Shown one piece after another: positions 1 to 14,188 of a stretch of 64,000 nt of DNA. The notes under the pieces are model-generated. The model was given only the letters and a program-made list of their open reading frames with translations, did no database searches and had not been told where the DNA came from. Numbering within the stretch: the first letter of the stretch is position 1; each line of letters starts with the position of its first letter. Source of the stretch: Chiloscyllium plagiosum (taxonomy: Eukaryota); assembly GCF_004010195.1 (NCBI RefSeq), contig NC_057753.1, positions 8,279,309 to 8,343,308 on the forward strand, in the 5' to 3' direction. A program made the translations under genes and the position numbers.

Positions 1-1385
1 AGATGAACGCGTCGTTGCTCCAACTAGCCATGAAAGCAGAACACCTTCAATTTTAAAAACAAAAACAAATTCCTCAAAGAAATCACAAATTTCATAAAAC
101 GAAATGAAAGGAAGCATTTTATAAAAGTTTGAAAGAATAAATTATGGCTCATGCCTGTTCCAATTGAAGTATTTCTCCTAAGTGACAAAAAAAAGTTATG
201 TATATTCCTGGACTGAGGGAGGTACAAACGATTGGATATAATCACACAGTTTCTAGGGAAAATAAACGTTTACCTGGCATGAGGAAGTGTGCATGATACA
301 TGAAGAAAGAGGAAAATGCGCACTTTAGGATTATGTTCAGACATGGAGTCCATAACAAAGTAAAACAGCTGAAGAGTCTTCAAACAGTTGGAAAAAAAAC
401 AGAGAAACAAATCAAAAGTCCAAACACTACACGTGTAATTCATAAGGATAACATTCAGTGTACACAGGTCCTATTCAATATCTGTAAATTCGCGAGAATT
501 GGTCTATTTTATCAAATAATTCGACTGTGTGCACAATGCTGCATTAGCATATCGCCAGTCAAAATGCTACAAGTTGATGCAAACATCGTTTTGAAATTTC
601 AGGGGCTTGTTGTCCTCAGAATTGTTACATATATTACGTTCAAATACATTTAAGTTCGGTAATGGTTTGACTGGACAGTTTGACTTTGGGTCCAGACATT
701 TACCCTCAGAGCTATGAAGAATATGTCATCATGATTACTATCAGTGTTGGCAGATCCGGTGCTCAGAATGAAATCCAATTTGCACAGGCTAAACTGGTTA
801 CATCTCTGGAGCAATTCTGAGCATAACACTGCACCCAAGCCTTTGACACCATCAGAACAGATGACCAAGACCTTAACTATATACGCACATATTGTTCAAA
901 GATCACAAGTTGAATATACATCTGATGAAGTATAAGATTGGCTATTGACGAAGTGGTGACAGGTTATGCATGGTCATAAAATATTCTACAGCTTTTTCTT
1001 CAGTTTCAATCATTTTGCAGAAACGTTTTTCATTTGTCCCCTCGTCGGGATTATGCAATTCAGTTTCATTATTTTTTGAAAAATCAGAAGATCAGATATC
1101 TCCAGGATAAAAACTATGAATTATGGAAATGCACCTTAATGAGTCATTGCCATGTCTATTTAATATATTGTAACTTTTGTTTTAGCCCATGAGCTTTCCT
1201 TCATGTGCAGCATGGAAACAATAATTTTTTTTCTCCTTTTTCCATCTTTTACATTTTGCTCAAATCTAGCTTGCTTCACCAAGTATATTGATCTGCTGAA
1301 AATACCTAGCAGGATATTAAAGGTATGTTTACAAAAATGACACGTGAGCATTGATGCAAGGAAAATTGTTCTCTTAATCTACTTT

Positions 1386-3787
1386 AGAACATATAATATA
1401 GAACAATACAGCACAGAACACGCCATTCGGCCCTCGTTGCTGCACCGACTTGTGAACTATTCTCAGCTCGCCCCCCGACACTATCCCAAAATCATCCACG
1501 TTTTTATATCAGGATCGTTTATAACTCCTTAATGTGGCTGAGTTGACTACATTAGAAGATACTGCATTCCACGGTCTGAATACTCTCTGCGTAAGGAACC
1601 TGCCTCTGACATCTGCCTTAAATCTACCACCCCTTAATTTGTAGTTCTGCTCACCCACCGCCCTCACCCCGTACGAGCTGACGTCATCATCCTAGTAAAA
1701 AGACTTTCATTGTCTACCCTATCCATTCATGTGATCATCTTGTATGTCTATATCAAATCCCATCTCATCCTTTCGCTTGCAAATGAGAACAGGTTCAAGT
1801 ATCTCAGTCTTAACTCATAAGACCTTCCCTCCAGACCAGGCAACATCCGGCTAAATCTCATCTGCACCTTTTCCAATGCTTCCATATTCGTTGCAAAATA
1901 TGGGGGGCAGAACTGTACACAATATTCCAAGTGTGGCCGCACCAGATTTTTTTATAGTTGCAGTATGATATTATAACTCCGGAACTCAATCCCTCCACGA
2001 ATGAAACCTAACTCACCATATGCCTTCTTCTTATTAGGTGGCAACTTTCAGGGATCTATGTATATTTACTCCAAGATCCCTCTGCACATCCACACTACCG
2101 AGAATATTTCAATTGACCCAGTACTCTGCCTTCCTGTTATTCTCCAAAAGTGCATCACCTCACATTTAGCTGCATTTCACTCCATTAGCCATCTTTCAGC
2201 ATATTTCTGCAGTTTATCCAAGTCCCCCTGCAACCTGTAACATTCTTCCACACTGTCCACTACTCCACCGACATTAGTGTCATCTGCAAATTTACTAATC
2301 CATCCACCTATGCCTGCGTCTAAGTGATTTATAAAAATGACCATCAGCAGTGGCCCCAAATCAGATCCTTATGGCACACCACTAATAACCGGACTCCAGG
2401 CTGAATATTTTCCATCAACCACCACTCACTGCTTTCTTTCAGAATGCCAGTTTCTAATCCAAACTGCTAAATCACCCTCAATCCCATGTCTCTGCATTTT
2501 CTCCAACAGCTTACTCTGTGGAACCTTATCAACGGTTTTACTCAAGTCCACGTATATCACGTCAACTGCCCTAACTTCATCTACCTGCTTGGTTACATTA
2601 TCAAAAAACTCAATGAGGTTTGTGAGACACGACCTGCCCTTGATGAAACCATGCTGAATATCTGAAATCAAATTGTTGCTTGCTCGATGATTATAAATCT
2701 TATCTCTTATAATCCGTTCCAAAACCATTCCTACAACACAAGTAAAGCTCACTGGTCTATAATTACCTGCGTCATCTCTATTTCTCGTCTTGTACAAAGG
2801 CACAACCTTTGCAATCCTCCAGTCCTCTAGTACCAAACCTGTAGGCAATGACGACTCAAATATTAAAGCCAAAGGCTCTGCTATCTCCTCCCTATCTTCC
2901 CAGAGAATCCTCGGATATATCCCATCCGGCCCAGGGGACTTGTCTACGTTCACGGCTTCTAGAATTGATAACACTTGTGCGTAACTAACCTCAATCCTTT
3001 CTAGTCTAATATTTCGAACCTCATTCTTCTCCTCTACATTATTCTTCCTTTCCTGAGTGAAGGCCGATAAGAAATGTTGGGTTAGCACCTCTCCGATCCA
3101 CACAACGTCCCACTTCTGTCTTTGTTTGGCCCTATTCCTACCCTAATCATCATTTTATTCCTCACATACATATAGAAAGCTTTAGGGTTCAGCTTTATTC
3201 TATTTGCTTATGACTGCTCGTAACCTCTCGTTGCTCTTCTTAACTCTGTCTTCAAATCCTTCCTCGCTGATCTGTAACTCTCCACCGCCTCAACTGAACC
3301 ATCTTGCCTCATCAACACATAAGCCTCCGTCTTCTTCGTGACAAGAGATGCAATTTCTGCTGTAAACCACGGTTCCCTTACCTTATCGATTCTGCCCTGC
3401 CTGACAGGGACATACCTATCAAGGGCAGACAATATCTGTACCTTAAACAAGCTCCACATTTACATTGTCGGAATCCCCTGCATTTTGCTACCCCATTCTA
3501 TGCATGTAATTCCTGCCTAATCGCAATATAATTGCCCTTGCCCCATCGACAAGTCTTGAACTGTGGCATGTAAATATCCCTTTCCATCACTAAACTAAAC
3601 GTAACTGAATTATGATCAATCTCACCAAAGTGCTCACCTAAAACTAAGTCAAACACCTGGCCTGGTTCATTACCAAGCACCAGATCCAATGTGGCCTCCC
3701 CTCTTGTCAGCCCTTCGACATACTGTGTCAGGAAACCCTCCTGTACACATTGGACGAATATTGATCCATCCGACGTACTAGAGTTAA
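1386..3787 (-). mobile_element. CR1-clade LINE (HER1-like), degenerate ORF2 (RT + 3' UTR); host of a nested CR1
   Basis: Minus ORFs give CR1 RT motifs (KSPGPDGIYPRIL, NYRPVS, QHGFIKGRSCLTNLIEFF, SKFADDT, RPHLEYCVQF); AGAACAT-type tail at ~1386. Confidence 0.9.
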
Positions 3788-4596
3788 TAGGCAATAGACA
3801 ATAGGTGCAGGAGTAGGCCATTCTGCCCTTCGAGCCTGCACCACCATTCAATATGATCATGGCTGATCATTCCTAATCAGTATCCTCTTCCTGCCTTATC
3901 TCCATAACCCTTGATTCCACTATCCTTGAGAGCTCTATCCAACTCTTACTTCAATGAATCCAGAGACTGAGCCTCCACTGGCCTCTGGGGCAGAGCATTC
4001 CACACAGCCACCACTCTGGGTGAAGACGTTTCTCCTCATCTCTGCCCTAAACGGTCTACCCCGTATTTCTAAGCTGTGTCCTCTGGTTCGGCATTCACTC
4101 ATCAGCGGAAACATGTTTCCTGCTGCCAGAGTGTCCAATCCTTTAATAATCTTATATGTCTCAATCAGATCCCCTCTCAGTCTTCTAAACTCAAGGGTAT
4201 ACAAGCCCAGTCGCTTCAGTCTTTCAGTGTAAGGTAATCCCGCAATTCCAGGAATTGACCTCGTGAACCTACGCTGCACTCCCTCAATAGCTAGAATGTC
4301 TTTCCTCAAATTTCGAGACCAGAACTGCACACAGTACTCCAGATGTGGCCTCACCAGGGCCCTGTACAGCTGCAGAAGCACCTCTTTGCTTCTATTCTCA
4401 ATTCATCTTGTTATGAAGGCCAGCATGCTATTAGCCTTCTTCACTACCTGCTGTACCTGTATGCTTGCCTTCATTGACTGGTGTACAAGAACACCCAGAT
4501 CTCTCTGTACTACACCTTTACTTAAATTGATTCTATTGAGGTAGTAATCTGCCTTCCTGTTCTTGCCACCAAAGTGGATAACCATACATTTATCCA
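3788..4596 (-). mobile_element. 5'-truncated CR1 of a different subfamily nested in the preceding CR1
   Basis: ORF 3935-4381 LYRALVRPHLEYCVQFW...RGDLIETYKI...TRGHSL; own 3' tail (CAATAG)n at ~3788-3805; interrupts the host endonuclease region. Confidence 0.85.
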
Positions 4597-5500
4597 GAGC
4601 ATAGCATTTCCTGTCAATGTTGGGGAAGTTAAAGTCCCCCATAATGACCATCCTGTTCCTTTCACTCCTACCGAGAATAATTTTGCTACTCCTCTCTTCC
4701 ACCTCCCTGGAACTCTGCGGGGGCCTATAAAAAACTCCAAGCGGTGTGACCTCTCCTCTCCTGTTTCTAACCTCAACGCAGACTACCTCAGTACACGAGT
4801 CCTCATTTAAAGTTCTCCCAGCCACCGTTATACTATCCTTGACTAATAAGGCAACGCCTCCTCCTCTTTTGTCGCCTTATCTGTTCTTAATGAAAGATCT
4901 AAACCCTGGAACCTGCAACATCCATTCCTCACTCTGCTCTATATATGTCTCAGAAATGGCCATAACGTCGAAGTCCCAGGTACCTATCCATGCTGCAAGC
5001 TCACCTACCTTATTTCGGATACTTATGCGTTGAAGGAGATGCACTTCAACCACTTTGCTGTCTTCCAGCACATTCCTGTGAACCTGAAATCCTGTCCCCG
5101 TCCTTCCTACTCTCATACTCCCGTGCACTGCAACTACACCTCCTGTTCCCACCTCCCATGCTGAGCTATTTTAAGCCTACCCGAATAGCACCAGCATATT
5201 TCCCACCCAGGATATTATTACCCCTCTGGTTTAAGTGAAGACAGTCCTGTTTGTAAAGGTCCTACCTTCCCCAGAATGGGGATTATCCAAGAACCTGAAA
5301 CCCTCCCTCCTGCACCATTCGTGCAGCCACGTTTTCAGCTGATATCTCTCCATATTCCTTGTCTCGCTATCACGTGGCAAGGGCAACAAACCAGAGATAA
5401 CAACTCTGTGTGTTCTAGCTCTCAGCTTCCATCCTAGCTCCCTGATATCCCGCCTTACATCCTCATGTCTCTTTCTAACTATGTCGTTGGTACCTACATA
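4597..5500 (-). mobile_element. Continuation of the host CR1 (APE endonuclease and 3' part of ORF1)
   Basis: SIRNKVGELAAWI..DVMAISET, GVFYRPP, MGDFNFPNID motifs. Confidence 0.85.
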
Positions 5501-6239
5501 TATATCTGCAAACTAATATGTGAGTCAATCGTCTAAACTACGTTAGTTATATTCACCAAGCGGCTGTCAATGATTTTCGGTGTTGAGGATTTCTGGGTGG
5601 TGGATGTCTCTTGCAGATCTGTCAGTTTCTATTGTATTGGAACCCCAGTTTCTCGAAAAGCAGAATGATAGGGAAACTCCAATGAGTGCCATAGGATCGC
5701 AAGTATGAATGCTGAGTTCCTTATTTGCTGTTTCAACATTTCTGAACACATTCAGCACTTGTCTAAATAATCAATATTAAAACGTTATCCAAGTGACTCG
5801 GTATTAATCACATAAAAGTGATTTCCACAGACGATCAAAGTTAGGCAGTTACATCCCTGGAAAATGAGACAACCTCTCATGCTATTTATATGTATTGGTT
5901 CACTTAATGTCAGTTGTTCTGTATCATGTTTAAATAACCCTTGACGACTAATCCTTAATTTTAGGATTTCAGGAACATTTTTTGAGACGAAGACTACAGC
6001 GGTAATATCAGAACTGAACACAGCTTTCTTTAGATCAAAGGTGGAATGCTTCCTTCAGTCTGGTGATCACACAAGGGGACGAATGGGATTGGACTGGAGA
6101 GTGTGCAATATAGATTATCCATCATTTTGGTTTCGTGGCATATTTCAGCTCCGAAGAAAAGCTGGATAAACTCAGGGTTTTTCTGTTGGGGAATTTGATG
6201 TGCTGTGGGTGTGGCTTCAAGTCTTTGGGTGTCATGTTT

Positions 6240-9200
6240 AAACATGGGACCATTTTGCCAGAGTGGCGAGGAGAGAAGGAGAGGTGTCGCGAGGGCTGCC
6301 GGGAAGTGTGAGTTTTCCCGCTTTAAAAGGGACTTACCTCGGGAGTTGGGCCTCCATTTGCCGAGAGGTGAGAGGGAGAAACGAAGGACTTCTGGGAAAT
6401 CATATATTTGTGTGGTTGCGTTACCTGAAACACTGCTCGGGTAGTGTCTCCCATCCATCATCCCCCTCTAACAAAAAAAAGGACCTGTGCGCAGACTGGT
6501 AAGGGAACGAATTTTCCTTTCATTCCTTAATTTTTGAACAGTCTGTCTGGGAATGTAGAATAGTGGGAATGGGGATTAGGGCAGTTGAACGTTCCCCCTG
6601 CAGAATGTGGGAGGTCAGGGTCACCACTCGTGTCCCTGATGACTACATCTGCGGGAAGTGCACCCAACTCTAGCTCCTCGAAAACCGCGTTAGGGAACTG
6701 GAGCTGGATCTGGATGAAGTTCGGATCATTCGGGAGGCAGAGGGTGTTATTGAGAGGAGTTACGGGAGGTAGTCACTCCTAAGGTTCAAGAAAATGGCAA
6801 AACAGTCAGGGGACGGAAAGGCAACTGGCAGGCAGTGCAGGGATCCCCTGTGGCCATTCCCCTCAACAATAAATATACCGTTTTGGATACTGTTGGGGGG
6901 GTCGACTTACCAGGGGAAAGCAGTGGGGTACAGGGCTCTGACACAGAGTTTGTCCCTGCTGCTCAAAAGGGAAAGGGGAAGAGCACCAGAACAGTAGTCA
7001 TTGGAGACTCCACAGTTGGGGGGACGGATAGGAGGTTCTGTGGGGACGAGAGAGACTCACGGTTGGTGTGTTGCCTCCCAGGTGCGAGGGTTCGTGACGT
7101 CTCTGATCGCGTTTTTGTGATCCTTAAGGGGAGGGGGAGCAGCCCCAAGTCGTGGTCCACATAGGTGCCAACGACATATTTGGGAAGACAGATGGGGATT
7201 TAAGGTAGAAATTCAGGGAGCTAGGATGGAAGCTTAGAGCTAGGACGAACAGAGTTGTTGTCTCTGGTTTGTTGCCCTGCCACATGCTAGTGATGCAAGG
7301 AATAGGGAGAGAGAGGAGTTGAACATATGTGTACAGGCATGGTGCAGGAGGGAGGGTTTTGGATTCTTGGATAATTGGGGCTCTTTCTGGGGTAGTTGCG
7401 ACCGCTGCAAGCAGGATCGTCTTCATCTGAACCAGAGGGGTACCGATATCCTGATGCGGCGGGGGTGGGGAGGGAGGGGGGAATATCGCTAAGGCTATTG
7501 GGGTGCGTTTAAACTAATCCAGCAGGGGGAATGGGAACCAAAATTGTAGTTCGAGTATAGAAAAGGTTGAGAGTAGGCAGGTCCAAAATCAAGTTTCAGG
7601 GACCCAAGATGGCACCGGCAAGCAAGAAGTCGGTTTGACGTGTGTCTACTTCAACGCCAGGAGCATCCGCAATGAGGTGGGTGAACTTGCAGCATGGGTA
7701 GGTACGTGGGACTTTGATGTTGTGCTCATTTCGGAGACATGGTTAGAGCAAGGATAGGAATGGTTGATGCAGAATCCAGGATTTCGATGTTTCAGTAAGA
7801 ACAGAGAATATGATAAAAGAGGGGGAGGTGTGGCGTTGTTGTTGGAGGACAGTATTACAGTGGCAGAAAGGATGTTTGGGGACTTGTCAACTGAGGTAGT
7901 ATGGGCTGAGGTTAGAAACAGGAAAGGAGAAGTCACCCTGTTGGGCGTTTTTTTATAGGCCTCCGAATAGTTCCAGAGATGTAGAGGAAAGGATAGCAAA
8001 GATGATTATCGATAGGAGTGAGAGAGACAGGGTAGTTTCCATGGGGTATTTCAACTTTCCAAATATTGACTGGGAACTCTCTAGTACGAATACTTTGGAT
8101 GGGTCAGTTTTTGTCCAGTGTGTGCAGGAGGGCTTCCTGACACAGTGTGTAGACAGGCCAACAAGGGGCGAAGCCACATTAGATTTGGTACTGGGTAATG
8201 AGCCCGGCCAGATGTTAGACTTGGAAGTAGATGAGCACTTTGGCGGTAGCGATCGCAATTCTGTTATGTTTACTTTAGTGATAGAAAGAGATAGGTGTAT
8301 ATGACTGGGCAAGAGTCACAGCTAAGGGAAAGGAAATTATGATGCGATGAGGCAAGATTTAGGAAGCATAGAATGGGGAAGGAAACTGCAGGAGATAGGC
8401 ACATTAGAAACGTGGAGCTTATTCAAGGAAAAGCTGCTGTGAGTCCTAAATAAGCATATACTTGTCTGGCAGGGAGAAGCTGTAGAGCACGGGCGCCGTG
8501 GTTTACGAAGGAAGTGGAATCTCTGGTCAAGAGGAGGAAGGAGTCTTACGTTAGGTTGAGATGTGAAGGCTCAGTTAGGGCGCTTGAGGGTTAAAAGGTA
8601 GCCTGGGAAGATCTAAAGAGAGAGCTCAGAAGAGCCAGGTGGAGACATGAGAAGTTGTTGGCGGATAGTGTCAGGGTAAACCCTAACGCTTTCAAAATGT
8701 ATTTAAGGAATAAAAGAATGACAAGAGTAAGATTTGGGCCAATCAAGATTAGTAGCGGTACGTCGTGTGTGGAGTCAGAGTAGATAGTGGAAGCACAAAA
8801 TGAATATTTTTCAACAGTATTCAACAGTATTCCTAGAAAACGAGAATGTTGTCGAGGAGATAACTGAGATGCAGGCTACTAGACTGGGTGTGATTTAGGT
8901 TCACAAGGAAGAGGTATTATAAATCCTGCAGGGTGTGAAAATACATAAGTCTGCTGGGCCAGATGGTATTTATCCTAGGGTCCACTTGAAAGCCAGGGAG
9001 GAGATTGCTGAGCCTTTGGCATTGATCTTTAAATCGTCATTGTCTACAGGAATAGTACCAGAAGACTGGAGGATAGCAAATGTGGTTCCCCTGTTCAAGA
9101 AGGGGAGTAGAGACAACCCTGGTAATTATAGACCAGTGAGCCTCATTTCAGTTGTTGGTCACGTGTTGGAAAAGTTTACAATGGATCGGATTTATAATCA

Positions 9201-10472
9201 TCTAGAAAAGAATAATTTGATTGGGAATAGTCAGCACGGTATTTCGTGCCTCACAAACCTTATTGAGTTCTTTGCGAAGGTGACCAAACAGGTTAATGGG
9301 AGTAAACCGGTTGATGTGGTGTATATGGATTTCAGCAAGGCGTTCGATAAGGTTCCCCACAGTAGGCTATTGTACAAAGTGCGGAGTAATGCGATTGTGG
9401 GAGATATAGCAGTTTGAATCAGTAATTGGCTTGCTGAAAGAAGACAGAGCGTGATGGTTGATGGGAAATATTTATCCTGGAATCCAGTTACTCGTGGTAT
9501 ACTGCAGGGGTCGGTGTTGGGTCCACTGCTGTTCGTCATTTTTTAAATGACCTGGATGAGGGCGTAAAAGGGTGGGTTAGTAAATTTGGAGACGACACTT
9601 AGTTCGGTGGAGTTGTGGATAGTGACGAAGGATGTTATAGGTTACAGAGAGACATAGATAAGCTGCAAACTGGACTGAGAGGTGACAAATGTTTTTTAAT
9701 GCGGACAAGCGTGAGGTGATTCTCTTTGGTCGGAGTAACAGGAATGCAAAGTACTGGGCTAATGGTAAGATTCTTGGTAGTGTAGATGAGCAGAGAGATC
9801 TCAGTGTCCAAGTACACAGATCCGTAAACGATGCAACCAGGTTAACAGTGTTGTTAAGAAGGCATTACTGTTTAGCTTTTATTGATCGAGGGATTGAGTT
9901 CCAGAACCATGAGGTTATGGTACAGCTGTACAAAACTCTGGTGCAGCCGCAGTTGGATTATTGTGTACAGTTCTGGTCACCGTATTTTAAGAAGGATGTG
10001 GAAGCTTTGGAAAGAGTGCAGAGGAGATTTACTGGGATTATGCCTGGTATGGAGGGAAGGTTTTAAGAGGAGAGGCTGAGGGACTTGAGGCTGTTTTCGT
10101 TAGAGCGAAGAAGGTTGAGAGGTGACTTAGTAGAGACATATAAGATAATCAGAGGGTTAGATAGGGTGGACAGGGAGAACCTTTTTACCAAGTATGGTGA
10201 CGGCGAGCGCAAGGGAACATACCTTTAAATTGAGGGATGATAGGTATCGGATAGATGTCAAAGCTAGTTTCTTCACTCAGAGAGTAGTAAGGGTATGGAA
10301 TGCTTTACCTGCAACGGTAGTAGATTCGCCAATTTTAAGTACATTTAAGTCGTCATTGGGCAAGCAGAAGGACGTACATGGAATAGTGTAGGTTAGATGG
10401 GCTTCAGATTAGTATGACAGGTCAGCGCAACATCGAGGGCCGAAGGGCCTGTATTGCGCTGTAATGTTCTAT
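6240..10472 (+). mobile_element. Near full-length but inactivated CR1 LINE (5' UTR, ORF1 zinc finger/esterase, ORF2 EN-RT, 3' UTR)
   Basis: ORF1 remnants (YICGKC, VVIGDSTV, CCLPGARVRDV); ORF2 remnants (GGGVALL, TRGEATLDLVLGN, NYRPVSL, YMDFSKAFDKVPH); TTCTAT tail; many stops and frameshifts. Confidence 0.92.
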
Positions 10473-10475
10473 TGT

Positions 10476-11090
10476 CACCCCCATGGCCGCTGCTCTGTAC
10501 TCTGCCATCCACTCAAAGATGTGTTTGTAGATGCGTGGATTCCTGAGCAATGGCTCTCTGGTGATCAACGCCAGTCCTGACAGAGGGTAGGTCAAGCGGG
10601 AGTCGACCATATCCCAGACTGTGATTAGGTCATTGTGAAAAGCAGGTAGCATACTGAGGGCGACCCGCAAAGCCTCACAGTGGATAAATAGGAGCTGCAT
10701 GTCGTAGCTGATGTTAATCACCTGGCAGTAAAAGGATGTTGCGAGGTCTCAACATCCAGGATCATGTTCGACGTAAACATATCGCTGCAAGGCCAGAAAT
10801 GGAAGATTGGGAACCTCTCCCGTATTCCATTGCAACTACTTGTCTCAAAGATATTAACCAATTCGCCCTAGATGTCAGTGACAAAAACAGGAGGAGGGAC
10901 AAAAGGGACCCGTCGGTGTTACAGCATGGCAGCCACAAGCTGGTTCATGACCAGCATTCCGCTGATGAACGAAACCAATCAGAGCAGCGCTGTCCAGTTT
11001 GCTAAGGCAAGACAAAACTTTGGTTTCCAGCTCCTGCCAATTCGCCAATTCCTCCCTCGTTCCCCAAAGCCAATTCTTCACCATTGACAT
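10476..11090 (-). mobile_element. Tx1/L1-clade non-LTR retrotransposon ORF2 fragment
   Basis: NWQELETKV, VMNQLVAAML, LPAFHNDLITVW, REPLLRNP motifs resemble the Tx1 ORF2 C-terminal region. Confidence 0.65.
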
Positions 11091-11154
11091 CTAGCCCCTC
11101 TTTGCCTGTATCGGCCTTCAAACCCTCCGTTTCTTGCTGTCACGCTGACCCAAC

Positions 11155-12190
11155 GTGTACCCTTCCACTGACACTATTATTCGATTGGCTGAACTGGTCC
11201 TCACCCTCAATAATTTTGCCTTCCAGTCATATCACTTCTTCCAGACGAAAGGGGTAGCCTTGGGTACCGCATGGACCCAGCAATGCCTGCATATTTGCCG
11301 AATGCATGGAACAGTCTATTTGCAGAAGCTGCATTAGCACCATTCCCCATCTTCTCCTCCACTACATCGATGACTGTATCAGCGCTAATCGTGCCCCACA
11401 AGGAAGTTGAATGGTTCATCAACTTTACAAATACCTTCCACTCCGTCCTCAAGTTAACCTGGAACATCTCGGATATCTCCCTCCCCTTCTTAGATTTGTT
11501 CATCTCCATCTATGGCAATCGACTCAACACAGACGTGTGCTACATACCCACTGACTCCAACAGCTACCGGGACTGCACTTCTTCCCGCCCTGCCTCGTGT
11601 GAACAACGCTCTCCCTAATTCCCAATTCCCCTGTCTCCGCCACATCTAGTCCCGGGGTATCAATTACAACATAGAACATCTCAGATATCCTCTTATTTCA
11701 AAGACAACAATTACCCCTCCAACATGGTCGACAATGGCCTCCAGAGCATCTCCTCGTCACCTAGTCACTGGACAGAACCAACCCAGTCCTCACCTTCCAC
11801 CTCACCAACCTTCCGATACATTGCAAAATTTCCGACATTTTCTCCACCTCCAAACAGACCCGCCACTCGACGTACACCTCCCTTCCCACCCCTATCTGTA
11901 TTCCAGAGAGACCATTCTCTCCGTGATGCTCTGGCCAGGTCCTCGTCCCCACCAACCCAACCTCCAATCCCAGAACATTCCCCGCATGAAGCTGCATGAA
12001 GTGCAAAGGCTGTGCCCACGCCACCCAACAAACCTCCATCCAAGTCCCCAAAGGATCCTTCCACATCCGACAGCTATTTACCTGTACTTCAGCACACTCC
12101 AACTACTGCATCAGTTGCATTCAATTTAGTCGCCTCTTAGCGCAAACTTATGCATCATTTATGAGAAAATCTCTGGGACACCCGCACTAA
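11155..12190 (+). mobile_element. Penelope-like element fragment (RT plus start of GIY-YIG endonuclease)
   Basis: IRLAELVLTLNNF..QTKGVALGT, YIDD, LPFLDL, PTDSNSY, KGSFHIRQLFTCTS..NYCI. Confidence 0.85.
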
Positions 12191-12199
12191 AGAACCCCA

Positions 12200-12464
12200 C
12201 CGCGTGATTATGCAGGTTATCAATAAAACTGAATTCACAAAGGCAGAGACGACGTTCTTGGGACATCGCATCGTTCGTCGATGTTTGTCCCACGAAACGC
12301 AAAGATGAAGGCCATTGAGGAACATTCAAGACCAACCTCAACGAAAGAGGTACTTCCATTCTTCAGACTCAGCGGATTCTGTCAGAAGATTTTCCCAAAC
12401 CTCAGCAGTGTAGTGACACCGTTAACCGATTTGCTGAAGAACAACACAAAGATTCGGTGGCCAG
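12200..12464 (+). mobile_element. Ty3/Gypsy pol fragment (RT/RNase H connection), truncated by the gap
   Basis: TFLGH..PRNAKMKAIEEHSRPTSTKEVLPFFRLSGFCQKIFPNLSSVVTPLTDLLK. Confidence 0.8.
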
Positions 12465-12964
12465 NNNNNNNNNNNNNNNNNNNNNNNNNNNNNNNNNNNN
12501 NNNNNNNNNNNNNNNNNNNNNNNNNNNNNNNNNNNNNNNNNNNNNNNNNNNNNNNNNNNNNNNNNNNNNNNNNNNNNNNNNNNNNNNNNNNNNNNNNNNN
12601 NNNNNNNNNNNNNNNNNNNNNNNNNNNNNNNNNNNNNNNNNNNNNNNNNNNNNNNNNNNNNNNNNNNNNNNNNNNNNNNNNNNNNNNNNNNNNNNNNNNN
12701 NNNNNNNNNNNNNNNNNNNNNNNNNNNNNNNNNNNNNNNNNNNNNNNNNNNNNNNNNNNNNNNNNNNNNNNNNNNNNNNNNNNNNNNNNNNNNNNNNNNN
12801 NNNNNNNNNNNNNNNNNNNNNNNNNNNNNNNNNNNNNNNNNNNNNNNNNNNNNNNNNNNNNNNNNNNNNNNNNNNNNNNNNNNNNNNNNNNNNNNNNNNN
12901 NNNNNNNNNNNNNNNNNNNNNNNNNNNNNNNNNNNNNNNNNNNNNNNNNNNNNNNNNNNNNNNN
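12465..12964. other. Assembly gap (500 N)
   Basis: Run of N. Confidence 1.
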
Positions 12965-13066
12965 AGTGGGCTAGTGTGGGTTAGGTGGGCTTGGATCGAC
13001 GCAACACCGAGGACCGAAGGGCCTGTACTGCGCTGTATTCTTCTATGTTCTATGTTCTATGTTCTA
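12965..13066 (+). mobile_element. CR1 3' end with (TTCTATG)n tail
   Basis: Matches the 3' UTR of the other CR1 copies (GGGCCTGTACTGCGCTGT..TTCTATGTTCTATG). Confidence 0.85.
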
Positions 13067-13268
13067 AGACAATTATCCGCCATCAGGATTGTCTTCCAGA
13101 AACATTCTCGTCGCTCTGGAGGAGAGATAGCTTAGGGAGCTGTCATTCCTGTATGTATTTCATCACAAGACCTTATGCCGGAGCACATCTGTCTGGCATA
13201 AAGGAAGTGGCTTCAGACAGAACAAAAAAAGAAATATCAAAGTTCAGTGAAAGGTACAGGTTTTATTT

Positions 13269-14188
13269 TCAGCACTTTTTGAATCGAAGTAAAGTAGTAA
13301 GTATGGTCAGTGGATATTTGACTCCATTCATTAACTCGTCTCTAAATTTCCTCTGGATTCCAGCATAAATAAATGGATTGATACCGGAGCTCAAAAACTG
13401 AAGCATGTATCCGGCTTCTTCAAGTATATATGATGACTTATTGAAATCAGAGCCTGAGAAATAAGTCACCTTTGCAATTCTAACATAAAGGATTGTTACA
13501 AAAAATAGCGAATATAACAAAATAAAACTGCCTGAAATCGCAAAAAGTAAAATCATTGACTTTTTCCGCTTCACCATCTCTGGGTCACTCTGACTCTCTG
13601 CATTACTTTGAACTCGGAATCTCCTGCGGGCCTTGTTAGCAATTAGAATGTGTCTGACGGTTAGAGCATTTAGCAGTAAAATCAGAATGAATGGGAGTAG
13701 AGGCGTTAAAATTGAACGAATCAAGTCATATGCAGCCCATGCAGGTGATGTGTAAGTTATTAATTTTGGGACACAGAACCAGGGTACATTGTTAATTACA
13801 TAAAGAGGTTCAAATACAAAATACAAGAAAACATTTTTCAGGCTGCTTAGTACACAGATGATTCCTATAACCCGCGCTGCTATCGTCTTCGTGCAATACT
13901 TTATCTTCAGCTTCTGACAACAAATGGACACAAATCGATCAAAGGTGAAAGCGACTGTCAACCATGCAGAGCTGTCTATGGTTGTGTAGATAAGGACAAT
14001 ACGAAGACTGCATATTGGTGTAATGGATAGGAAAGTGAATGGGAAGTAAATGCCAGCAATCCGATTTAATATCACAGTGATACTAATGACCAGGAGATCT
14101 GCCACCGCCATGGAAACTACATAGTAAATGATACATCCCGAGAGACCACATTGTTTTCGACACAGTATAACAATCACTGCCAAGTTAG
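13269..14188 (-). CDS. GPR139/GPR142-like class A GPCR, gene A, exon 2 (spliced product 329 aa)
   Basis: Acceptor tttcttctctccatcacAG|CT at 14189-14190, phase 1; open frame ANLAVIVIL..MAVADLL..FTFDRFVSIC..PWFC..LLNALTVRHI..INPFIY to TGA; covers the rest of TM1 through TM7. Confidence 0.93.

Noticed and set aside
12281..13135. Long ORFs spanning 12.3-13.1 kb and 26.4-27.2 kb
   Set aside because: Artefacts of translating through N gaps
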